From the NCBI GenBank assembly GCA_951406725.2, contig OX597817.1, forward strand, positions 77,810,001-77,874,000: DNA of 64,000 nt, written 5' to 3'. Position numbers and translations under genes: made by a program. Shown piece after piece: positions 51,615 through 64,000 of the stretch. Source of the DNA: Octopus vulgaris. Its lineage: Eukaryota. Each line of letters begins with the position of its first letter. Position 1 is the stretch's first letter. The notes below the pieces were generated by a model that did not search any database, was not told where the DNA came from, and saw nothing but the letters and a program-made list of their open reading frames with translations.

Positions 51615-53040
51615 AAACTCACAGCTTATTTTCCTGGGTATGTTGGAAAGTGACACCTGTCTACAGCCAGTAGACTAAGGTCACACTTGTTAACTAGTCA
51701 TGCTTCAAGAACCCTGCAGAGAACTTTTGCAGTTCTAAGCAATGATGATTTTTGTAGGTGTTCTATCTTTACATCTGCACCAATCTTCTTGAGTCATGTT
51801 GGTAGCTGAGTGCTGATGCTTCCTAGGACACCAATTATTACTGGTGTCATATCCATTCCCTTCATCGCCCACAAACTGCATATTTCCTTCTCCAAATCAT
51901 CATAGTTCTTCTTTTTCTTTGATTCTTATTGTCACCAGGACCATGCTATAAGTGTTTGTAAGTGTTAGCATGTTTTTGTGTCTGTGTGTTCATGAGGCGT
52001 AAAAGGTACTGACCAGTGAAATGACGATGGAATTTGGTTCACAGTTCATGTTGTTGGTATCAGCCTGGCAACAGGTAGTAACAGATGGCTTAAGGTAGTT
52101 CTTAGAAGAACTAGAACCCAAGAACAGATAATTGATTACCGTTTATGAGGTACAGTGTAAGAGTTCCATATCAAGATGTTGCGTCTCGTAGTTGAGATTA
52201 ATTGAATCACTTGTTGTGTTTATCTTTCTCTTGATATGAATATACTTCCAGATATATTAACTGTAGCCGTTTTCCCGTGGTGATATTTTCACCTAACCGC
52301 TATAGTTGAATCTGTAGTTGTCTTGTGTACAAATTAAACCTTCGATGTTTGGCGATGAGTTGTGTCTGTCGCTTGGTTTTTGCTGCGTCTTCATTATATA
52401 TTCTGCTTGGTTATTTTTCTCTAGTTATAGATATCCTGTAACCGTTCTTTTCGTGGTGATATTTTCACACTAACAGTATGAGAGGAATCTGTAACATCTT
52501 GTATTAATGGTAGTCGCCTGCCTTTCGAAACTGGAACATGGTCGAGTATGCTCTGTGTGGTCAGAGGTTAGCCCTGAGAAGGACTTGAAACCTAAGACTA
52601 TGTTGATTATTAAGCAAGGTTTTTTTTTTCTTTTTGTCACAACAATCTCAGGTTTCTGAGGTTTAATCTGATGGTTACACTGAATCTTTGCATCTCACAA
52701 GATTTTGCAATTATCATTCTCAGTAATTTCTTCTGGGATTTATTCATGGCACATCTTTGATTTTTCTATACCATAATTTCCACAGAGCTCCCAAAGAATC
52801 ACTCTTACCACTTTGCTATATCACTTTTTTGTATTTATGTTGTACTAAGTTTGGGCATTCCTTAACAATGTGCCACACTGTGTCACCTCTCTCACTATAC
52901 ATTCTATGTTTGTTGTTCTCAGTTGTGTTACCAATTCTGCATTTCACATAGTTTTGTCCTCAGTGCTTATTTTAGCACCATGCATATAGCTGCTTCTGTT
53001 TCTATCTTCAGGTCACACTTCCACATTCATAACCACTAGC
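51615..53040 (-). mobile_element. R4/Dong 3' fragment (zinc knuckle + RLE) split by a ~670-bp insertion (about 51950-52620)
   Basis: DLKIETEAAIC..ALRT.NYVKCRI..TVWHIVKEC..ILWELCGNYG..ENDNCKIL*D..IQC.H..KPEIVV | PGD..KKNYDDLEKEI..TPVIIGVLG..LQKSSLLRTAKVL. Confidence 0.75.
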
Positions 53041-53482
53041 CTCTGTATCTATTTGCGCTCATATCTCTGGTAAACTGACCGTACATATTTTCCTCTGACC
53101 ATAAATTTTATTATTATTATTACTATTATTATTATTTGTGGAGGCACGTGGCTTAGTGGTTAGGGTGTCAGAACCATGATCGTAAGATTGTGGTTTCGAT
53201 TCCTGGACTGGGCGAGGCGTTGTGTTACGATCTTTTAGCAAATTTTTCATCAATACTTGAGACTAATATAATTACATTGCTTCTATTCGCTATTATTGTA
53301 GCAGAGTGAAATTTGCTAAAAAATTATAATGGAGTATCCTGTATGTTGGAAATCTATATGGTCATATGCATCCAAGGACAGTGGCTGATTTCAAATTGAT
53401 GTAATGTTTGCAGTGATCAGTTAAATGGAACCATTTGGAATGGCAGCAATGCACTGATATCTGGACATCCTTGTTACTTATT

Positions 53483-53520
<38 letters not shown>

Positions 53521-54986
53521 CATACATATCTTATTGAGAACACTTAGAGAAAGCTGCTTCTTTTCCATTCACCTAAGTGAATGGAACTTTGGCAAGGTGG
53601 AACTAATGTCATCAGTTGATATCCATTGATCATCCACTGTTTCAACCCTGAACTGTAACACTTACAAATTGGTGGGTCAACAGAAGTGATCAAATCACTG
53701 TTCATCATTTCCTCTTTGGTTCCAGCTTAACTCCTCTCTCTCTTGCCCCTTAATCAGCAAGAGGTTCTTTCTGTTGCCTCTTTCTTCCTAAACACAGCCA
53801 CCTTTTGCTCTTTTCCTCTCATTCCAATATATATTTATTTATTCTTTTACTTGTTTCAGTTATTGTGGCCATGCTTGGGCAATGCTTCGAAGGGTTTAAT
53901 CAAAGAAACCAACTCTAGTACTTTTTGAACACAAATGCATCCCTCAAGTGATATAATTCAAGGTTTAAAAATGGGGAACCCAAATATTTTTAATAATAAA
54001 AATAATTAACAAAATTATGTTGTTTGGTCCAACCTATGTATGGGAAGAGTTGTGTTCTTTCATGAAAACAACTTCAGAAAGAACTAGGTAAACTGACACA
54101 TATTTGTCATCATTGATACAAGTTAGAATTGCATGGACACTTGAAACAAATATACAAAAATTAGTTACCAAAATGCAATGCCAAGTATCAGGTCAGCAAA
54201 ATAAAGTTTAATTAACACTTACAAGTAAACTTGTATAATATGCTATCTTTTTTCATATTTTTTGTTATTTTCTGGTAATATAGTTTTTTGTGGTTGTAAT
54301 AAAATCTGTCTGTACAAAATTATTTTGACATCAGTTTTCATCAAATGGAGGAAGTCATTGTTGTAAACATGCGCTTAGAAATCTGTGGTCCCCTTGGCAA
54401 CTAGTATATGAGCAATGGAGATCGTAGAGACTCTGCTGTTTGACATAACTGCCTGTAAAGCATTTCATTCAATGTGCTGACAACTCTGCCAGCCTGCTGT
54501 CTTCACACTCTTTTACTCTTTTACTTGTTTCAGTCATTTGACTGCAGCCATGCTAGAGCACCACCTTTACTCGAGCAAATTAACCTCAGGACTTATTCTT
54601 TGTAAGCCTAGTACTTATTCTCTCGGTCTCTTTTGCCGAACCACTAAGTTATGGAGATGTATACACACCAGCATCTGTTGTCAAGCAATGTTGGGAGGAC
54701 AAATACAGACACACAAACACACACACTCATATATATATACATATGCATATATACGACGGGCTTCTTTCAGTTTCTGTCTACCAAATCCACTCACAAGGCT
54801 TGACAATCAGTGCTGGTGTGTTTATATCTCTGTAATTTGGTGGTTTGGCAAAAGAGTACTAGGATGAGTACTGGGCTTAAAAACTAAGTCTTAGGGTTGA
54901 TTTGTTTGACTAAAAAGCCTTCAAGGTGGTGCTCCAGCATGACCACAGTCAAATTACTGAAACAAGTAAAGGAATAAAAGAGTGTG

Positions 54987-55098
<112 letters not shown>

Positions 55099-55552
55099 TC
55101 TTTTATTCTATCATTCCTTTGCTTGTTTCAATCATTTGACTGCAGTCATACTGGAGCATTGCCTGTAGTTGAACAATTCGACCCTAGGACTGATTTTTTG
55201 TAAGCCTAGTACTAATTCTATCAGATATTTTTTGCCGAATCTCTAAGTTACATGGACATAAACACACCAACATCAGTTGTCAAGTGATGGTGGGAAGACA
55301 AACACAGATACACACATACATAAATACATACATACATGCTTACAAATATACATGCATGCATACATACACCCACACACACACACACATATATGTGATGGGA
55401 TTCATTCAGTTCCTGATTACCAAATGCACTCACAAGTTTTTGGTTGGCTTGAGGCTATAATAGAATACACTTACCCAAGGTGCCACACAATGGGACTGAA
55501 CCTGGAACCATGTGGTTGGGAAGCAAGCTTCTCACCACACAGCCACTCCTGC

Positions 55553-55840
55553 ACCTTGGCTCAAACTAACATCCAGCCATCCTAAAGGGAACATATTGCC
55601 ATGGATAGGACAACCTGGAGGACTGCCATCCACAATGGAACCAGCTCCTTCAAGCAGAACAGACAACAGAATGAGGAGGTAAAATGCAGAAGAATGGAGT
55701 GTTTTCAACGTCCTTGACCTGCACCGACCATCATGTGTGAATTCTGCCCACAACTCTTTCACCACTGACTTGGACTTCAAAGTCACATTTGGCACAAACA
55801 TCTGTCAAGTAGATGGGATAGAAACTGACGAACCCAATAT
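55553..55840 (+). mobile_element. RTE-type LINE C-terminus with C2H2 finger
   Basis: IAMDRTTWRTAIHNG..CEFCPQLFHH*LGLQSHIWHKH, followed by (TA)n. Confidence 0.7.
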
Positions 55841-56374
55841 ATATATATATATATATATACACATACATACAATTGCATGCTTGTCTTTTTGCTTTAAAAC
55901 CATATAATACTTGTAAATGATTGTCAGTGTTATTAGAGAAAATAACAGGAAGGGCATCCATCTGTAAAAAAGACTCTGCCCGAACAAACTCCTGTCCAAC
56001 CCATGCAAACATAGAAAAGCAGATGTCCATGTCAAAACGATGATGATAATGGTAATGATTAATTTTAATAAATGCATATGTAATTATAGAGACAAAAGTG
56101 GAAAAGAATATGCTCTGCTATTTGCTTCATGTAAACAAACAGATTTTTCTATGAAAGTGTGGACGAAATTATGTATTTATATGTATGTATTTTGTATGTG
56201 TATGTGTGAATATGTGTGTACAGTATTTATGTATATTTGTATGTGTGGTGTGTGTGTCTCTGTGTTGATGTGTGTGCATGTGTACATGTAAGCGTGTGCA
56301 TGAATTGGAAAGATAAGTAGGCAGTTTCTAGAATTAAGTTGTACATCAATGAAATGGAAAGACATTGCCATATA

Positions 56375-56410
<36 letters not shown>

Positions 56411-56455
56411 TGTATGTATGTATGTATATATATACATACATATATATATATATAC

Positions 56456-56539
<84 letters not shown>

Positions 56540-56628
56540 TATATATACATTAAATATGAAATGAGAGAGGGCAAGGAAGAGAAACATACATGCAGATATA
56601 TTTATATATATATGTGAGTGTATGCATG

Positions 56629-56660
<32 letters not shown>

Positions 56661-56958
56661 ACATATATGCACATATATATGTACATGCATATGTAGATTT
56701 ATATCTATATTTCTCTATCTATGTATATATAAAAACATATATGTGTTTGGTATGTATGTGTGTGTCTGTGTGTATATATATATATATGTATGTATATATT
56801 ATAAATGGGTAAAAATGATTGAGTGTGAGACAGATAAGTAGAAATTTAGACAGATATCTTGTTTACATATCATGTATATATGTGTGTGTTTGTATGTGGA
56901 TGTGTGTATAGACATTTATACACACACACACACACACACATATATGTATGTATGTACG

Positions 56959-56999
<41 letters not shown>

Positions 57000-57606
57000 T
57001 ACAGACATACATATGTATGAGTGCATTTGTATCAGTATCAGAGACAGCAGATAAAAAAAAAACACAACAAAATCAAATGAAGTTACATAGTAAAATAAAA
57101 CAAAACAAAAAATAAAATACAAATACAAATAAAGATTATAAAATGTTAAAAGAATTAAAAAAAATAAAGAATAAAAAAAACGTAAAAACACGTGTTAAAG
57201 GTAGGTTTGAACCAGTCATGCAGAAGTTCACTTCCATTAAGATGGCTTAGTGCAGAAGTAACCTGAAGAGAAATCACTTGGCAGGTAAGACGGCAATTAA
57301 TTAGAAACTGCAGACATGATCAAGTATCGGCACTGAGATAATGGCAGTGGTGGTAAGATGGTGGCAATGGTGGTGATGATGGCAATGGTGGGGGTGGTGG
57401 TGGTGCTGACAGTGGTGGTGGTGGTGATGGTGGTGATGAATGGTGATGATGGCAGTAGGGGTTGTGGTGGTGTTTGTGGTGGTGGAGTTAGAGGGGCATT
57501 GTTCTTGGTGGAAGATGGTAGGGCTTGCTATTTTTGATGGAGATAGATAATTGAGAGACGGATCAGCTAATAGACATTGGGAACAAAGAGAAGAAAAGAG
57601 AGATAG

Positions 57607-57688
<82 letters not shown>

Positions 57689-58141
57689 GTGGATGAATGG
57701 ATGGACAGATGGATAGAGAGATGAATGTATGGGAACAGAGAGAGGCAGCAGAATAGAGAGATAGATAAGTAGATAGAGAGATAGATACATGGAAAGATTA
57801 AAAGATGGACAGACAAATAAGTAGAAAGACAAATCAACAAAAATACAGATAGATAGGTAGCTATATAAATTATAAAGTATATTTATGTCCCAAGTCCAAG
57901 AAATACATCGAAAAGGAGGAGAGAATCTAAGAGCGGAGGAGGTTCGGTCAGGCTGACTCAAAAGCAACAGGAGATATTAACAAAACAGGTCCTTTGAGAT
58001 ATTAGTACAATCTATTCAAAGGGCTTCTGAACAGTTTTCGAGCACCAAATTTGAATCACAAAGCACGTGGCTTAGTGGTTAGAGTATTCAGCACATAATT
58101 TGTAAGATTGCAAGTTCAATTCCAGGCAGTGAATAGTGTTC

Positions 58142-58370
58142 TTAACTCTTTTGTTACCAACCTGGCTGAAACTGGCTCTGGCTCTGAGTACAAATATCTT
58201 GTTTTCTTAAGTTTTGAATTAAAATCTTCCACCAAACCTTAGTCACGAATTATGTTCCTAACACTAAGTTTAATGATAACTAAGTTATTTTACTAAATTC
58301 TTTGTTATATTTAAAATGATTGAAAGAAACACAGTGCATCTCAACAGAAATACAGTAACAAAAGGGTTAA
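58142..58370. mobile_element. piggyBac-like MITE with TTAA target site
   Basis: ttaa-ctcttttgttac ... gtaacaaaaggg-ttaa, inserted in a SINE; related copy at about 61379-61578. Confidence 0.7.
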
Positions 58371-59395
58371 GGGTACACATGTCTGTGGAGTGCTCAGTGT
58401 TAATTTCACAATCAGGCTGTTTGATCAAATCACCTGGAACACCTGTAATCATAACTGACAGAAATCCAGGCCAATCACAAGATCTGTGACAACTGGAGGC
58501 TTAGAGCTAATCATGCCCAAAGATACCATGCAGTGACAGAGCATCTAGAACCTTGTTACAAAGCAAATTCTTTAGCGTTTTGGTCATGCTGCTTACATAC
58601 ACATAGATATACCCTGTTTCTAAAAAGGAGACTGGAGTGGTACAGACTATTAGGCACAGGAGTGGCTGTGTGGTAAGTAGCTTGCTTACCAACCACATGG
58701 TTCCGGGTTCAGTCCCACTGCATGGAACCATGGGCAAGTGTCTTCTACTATAGCCACGGGCCGACCAAAAGTTTTTGAGTGGATTTGGTAGATGGAAACT
58801 GAAAGAAGCCCATTGTATATATGTATATATATATATATATATTTGTGTGTGTGTCTGTGTTTTTCCCACCCAACATCGCTTGACAATCGATGCTGGTGTG
58901 TTTACGTCCATGTAACTTAGTGGTTCAGCAAAAAAGACTGATAGAATAAGAACTAAGCTTACAAAGAATAAGTCCCGGGCTCGATTTCCTCGACTAAAGG
59001 CGGTGCTCCAGCATGGCTGCAGTCAAATGACTGAAACAAGTAAAAGAGTAAATAGAGAGAGAGTGGCATGGCTGGCTGCAAAGCTTTTGATCATATGACA
59101 GTTTTATCAGGGTTGACAACAAGGAAAACATCAATATATTGCACATTTGGCTTCTTTACAGATTTTGCTCACTGTAATATCATTCACTGTTTGTTTTCTT
59201 GCATTCTTTGGATTGTCTTTAATAAGATAATATTGAAAAAATATACAAAATGTCTTCAGTTTCTTCTTTCAAGTATAACATTCCTTAAGCAACTTCATGT
59301 AAAGGATGCCTCTATGTTGTCACATGACCTGCTAGAAATAGCAGCCAAAACTGTTTTCAAATCATATTTTACTGTTCTATATTTAAGAGATAAGG

Positions 59396-59604
59396 AATTA
59401 TTTACATTATTTACATTTGATGGATATTTGTCGTCATCTTGTTTGTTGTTAACACAACGTTTCAGCTGATATACCCTCCAGCTTTCATCAAGTGGCTTGG
59501 GGAAATTTCGAACCTGGGTTCTCATTAGGATGAAGCTGAAACATTGTGTAAACAACAAACAAGATGAGGATAAATATCTGTCAAATGTAAATAGTGTAAA
59601 TAAT
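59396..59604. repeat. ~70-bp inverted repeat enclosing a minimal hammerhead motif (59453-59494, minus strand)
   Basis: cac-UUGAUGAA-agcug..cagcu-GAAAC-GU-U-gug; the opposite arm carries a deleted remnant gatgaagctgaaacattgtg. Confidence 0.7.
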
Positions 59605-59972
59605 GTACACTGCTTATTAAAAAAAAATAAAGAAAAAACAAGTGGGAGATCAAGTCACATTGGATAGGGTAGCTGGGTAAAGGTTAAATAACCCCTTTGG
59701 TTAAGAATGGCCGTGGGATTGCACCTAGAAAGTTACCTTCTGAAGCACAAGTCCAGGCAAGGTTGCATATGGAAGACCAGCAGTCATGCATGCACACCAT
59801 CCTTCCCTCTCCATGCCACCAATGTTATCCAAGGGAAAAAGCAAAGGCTGATACAGCTTGGCACCAGTGACACTGCAACTCATTTCTATAAGAGCACAAC
59901 ACAGCCTGGTCTGGGAACTGTTGTCACAACCTCTCAGTTGTAAGTCTGGTGTTCTAACCACTTAACAATATG

Positions 59973-60087
<115 letters not shown>

Positions 60088-60149
60088 GCATGGAAAACGG
60101 ACGCTAAACGATGATGATGATATATATATATATATATCATATACATATA

Positions 60150-60480
60150 GGGTAAAGAACCCCTTTTGTTCATGAATGGTCACGGGATAGCACCTTGAAA
60201 GTTCCCCTCCTAGGTACAAGTCTGGTCAAAGTTGTTTTGTGGAAGACCAGAAGTTGCGCATGCATACCAGCCTCCCCTCTCTACACCACGAATGTTATAC
60301 AAGGGAAAAGCTAAAGTGGACACAGCTTTGCACCAGTGATGTTGAAACTCATTTCTACAGATGAGTGAACTAGAACAATGTGAAATAAAGATTCTTGCTC
60401 AAGAACACATCACACGACATGGTCCGGGAATCAAACTCACTACCTTGTGATTATAAGCCTGATGCTCTAACCACAGCCAT
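60150..60480 (-). mobile_element. tRNA-derived SINE family D
   Basis: tRNA-like head at the right end (ggttagagc..gagtttgattcc) and cttgagcaag core; partial copies at 59690-59970, 13330-13415 and 63430-63480. Confidence 0.7.
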
Positions 60481-61998
60481 GTTCCTTCATATAGTGTACC
60501 AACTTACAGAATATGCAAATAATGTAGATGGTCATGGTCGGAACACATTCAGACTTCTTATTATCATATTTCTGTTGAAATATATGGTTAGATTTTTAAT
60601 TTTCATCTTTAACTTGATGACAGTTGTTAGACTGTGGCCATGCTGGAGTACCATCTTGAAGAGTTGTAGTCAAACGAATCAATCCCAGTTCTTATTGCTT
60701 TTGTAATTCTGGTACTTATTCTTTTGGTCTCTTTTGCTGAACAACTAAGTTATAGGGATGTAAACACACCAACACTGGTTGTCAAGTGGTGGTGGACAAC
60801 AAAGACAAACACACACACACACACATGCATACAACAGGCTTCTTTCAGTTTCTGTCTATCAAATCTACTCAGAAGGTTTTGGTTGGCCCTCTTTTACTTG
60901 TTTCAGTCATTTGACTGCGGCCATACTGGAGCACTGCCTTCAGTGAAGCAAATCGACCCCAGGACTTATTCTTTGGAAACCTAGTACTTATTCCATCGGT
61001 CTCTTTTACTGAACCGCTAAGTTACGGGGACGCAAACACACCAGCATCAGTTATCAAACGATGTTGGGGGGACAAACACAGACACACAAACACACACACA
61101 CACACACACATATATAAACATATATACGACAAGTTTCTTTCAGTTTCCATCTACCAAGTCCACTCACAAGGCTTTGGTCGGCTCAAGGCTATAGTAGAAG
61201 ACACTTGCCCAAGGTGCCATGCAGTGGGACTGAACCCAGAACCATGTGGTTGGGAAGGAAGTTACTTTCCACACAGCCACTCCTGCACAAGGCTATAATA
61301 GAAGATATTTGATTAAGGTGCCATGCAATAGGACTGAACCTGGAACCATGTGGTTAAGAAGCAAGCTTCTTGCCACATAACGATATCTGCAACTATTGTT
61401 TCAATTAATTTTGAAAATAACGAAGAATTTAGTAAAATAATTTTTGGTATTATTAAATTGGTATTTTGAACATAAATTGATATAAAAATTTTGATCGAAG
61501 GTTTTGACACAGATCCTTTTAAAACAAGGAATTTGTAACGTAGAGCCAGGAGCAGTCTCAGGCAGGTTAAAAGGATTAATGATTACTTTGTTCAAACAGG
61601 ACTGGACTAAAGGAACAAGAAAACAACTACAGATGCAACAAATACAAGAGCAAAAACAACAACAGCAATTGTATATAATAATCAACAAGAAAAAAAAAAA
61701 AACCCTTTTTCTGCAAAGGCAAGGTTTCCAAGTCAAAACTTTCAATAAACTTGTTGAGTTACAATTGTGTTCGTAACAGCGTGGATTTCATTTGTTTATA
61801 CTGGATAAAGTTTTTTTCCACATGAATGCTTCAGTGACAGTCCAATGAGCAAAGACGAATTATTTTTTGTCACAGAATCATTGATGTTTTTTAAACAATT
61901 ATCAAGTGAAATAGAACTTTTCTATTCTCTCTAAATCAATGAGAAATGTATTTATTCTTTGTTTCAGATAGGGATATGTAGCACATATATGTATGCAC

Positions 61999-62031
<33 letters not shown>

Positions 62032-62798
62032 TGTATGTATGTATGTATGAATGTATATATGCGTGTATGTATATATGTATGTGTGTATGTCTGTATTTTT
62101 GTATGTGTGTGTTTCTATGTGTATGGCTGTATGTATGTATGTATGTATGTATGTATATATGTATGTGTATGTGTGTATAGTTTATGTATGTATGTATATT
62201 TCTATGTATCTATGTATGTGTGTGCATATCAATATGTATGTATATGTGTGTATGCATGTATGAATAAATATATATATTCATATACACACATTCATATATA
62301 TATATATATATATATATATACCTATGCACATATATATATATTTATACACATACCTTAAGTATATATACACGTATACATAGATATAAATTTGTGTATGTCT
62401 ACATGTGACTCCACCTCTGTGTGTTTACGTGCGTATGTTTATATACATATGTAGACATTTATGCACATTCATACATACATGCATATATACATACTCATAT
62501 ATGCACTCACACGCACACACCACACTTATGTTTATATTAACGTATACATTTGTTTGTGTATATTTTATGATTATTAGGTTTTGTATATACCCACACTTCT
62601 AGAAATGATAATATCAATGATTACGTTTGCACATACATAAAAATGTGTGTACGTATGTGTTTACAAAACCGTTTATATTCATTTGTCTGTATGTTTATGT
62701 GTATGCTTATAGTGTGTGTAAAATTATCTATAATATCTATAATATATTTGTATAGTTGAATATTGGTTTGTTTCAGTATAGCTCTTGTTGTGTGAGTG

Positions 62799-62838
<40 letters not shown>

Positions 62839-62857
62839 CATACATACATACATACAT

Positions 62858-62918
<61 letters not shown>

Positions 62919-63849
62919 CGTAGATATATATGCATATACATACATACATATACATACACTCTCATGCCTAACCATTCATACAGCCAGTCAGCCAGTTATA
63001 CATACACACACACACACACACACAGATGAGTTTAAATATTTGTGTAGAGAGCAAAATGAATGCTGGAATTTCATTCTGTAAATAAAAATTAGGATTTTTA
63101 AAAAAAAAAAAAAGCAATCTATTGTTTTCTAGTTCACAATATATTAGGTACAGATATGGAATATTTCTTTTGAGTTGCTGTTGTTGTTGAAAATGATGAT
63201 GATGATGATGTTGCTATTGTCTATATAATTGAGAGATCATTGTCTTTGTATAACCACAGGATAATCTTAGTGCTGGAGGCAAACCTGTAACACAGAGAAA
63301 GTTGATGAAATAAAAGACTGCAAGGTATGATCCACACATCTCAGTTATGCCTGAGCTATCATGCCACATCCTAGAGTAAGATCATCATCACCTCTACCAC
63401 CACCACCACAACCACAGCTATCATCATCATCATCAAGGGTAACTTTCTAGGTGCAATCTCATGGTCATAACCCTTTTTTTTAAAACCTGAGTGGCACCAC
63501 CGTTGTCTTCATGTGAAAGAATGGTTAATCCAACAAAATGTACTATTTTATATTTTTTCACTCTATTATCATCATAGTGGCTGTGTGGTAAGTAGCTTGC
63601 TTACGAACCACATGGATCCAGGTTCAATCCCACTGTGCGGCACCTTGGGCAAGTGTCCTCTACTATAGCCTCAGGCTGACCAATGCCTTGTGAGAGTATT
63701 TGGTAGACGGAAACTGAAAGAAGCCTGTTGTATATATGTATATATGTACTGTATATATATATATGAATATATAATTATAATAAAGGGTTTATTGCAATGA
63801 GTTGCTTAAGCCACATACCGAAAATATTATATATATATATATATATTTA

Positions 63850-64000
63850 TAGTTGTTAATCCAAACCAGAAAGCACAAAAAAACACACCAACGCGAGGAC
63901 ATGGAACAAATATAGTATTATTGGATGCTCAGGAAAGGAGGAAAGAAGGAGGGTTTAACGTTTCGAGCGGAGCTCTTTGTCGGAAACATAGGAGAAGGAA
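63850..64000 (-). mobile_element. PLE-like terminus with degenerate minimal hammerhead motif (63954-63986)
   Basis: uuu-CCGACAAA-gagc ucc gcuc-GAAAC-GU-U-aaa; a related end lies at about 8465-8560. Confidence 0.55.

Noticed and set aside
57185-57275. Possible minus-strand exon after tctcttcag (VTSALSHLNGSELLHDWFKPTF); a similar site at ~40310
   Set aside because: Weak or absent donor, no recognisable protein, and no partner exons.

Overview
Eukaryotic, very AT-rich, microsatellite-saturated intronic/intergenic DNA. The SINE families and repeat landscape look like an octopus (coleoid cephalopod) genome; this is recognition by eye, not a database result. I found no convincing host protein-coding exon, and nearly all ORFs in the track are translated microsatellites. 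The window is a nested transposon graveyard containing: R4/Dong-type RLE non-LTR fragments in (TAA)n; RTE LINE 3' ends with (GAT)n tails; a CR1 fragment; an internally deleted Gypsy LTR element; a full-length decayed Tc1; mariner, pogo, piggyBac and hAT MITEs; Helentron-like HINEs; four tRNA-SINE families; and many Penelope-like (PLE) remnants. The most interesting signal is a dispersed set of type I hammerhead-ribozyme motifs in PLE-like termini at or near (TA)n tracts. Several lie in fold-back (inverted) pairs, including a 2.75-kb Penelope palindrome whose hammerhead-like motif carries a compensatory U3-A8 core variant. Coordinates were read by eye and repeat boundaries are approximate.
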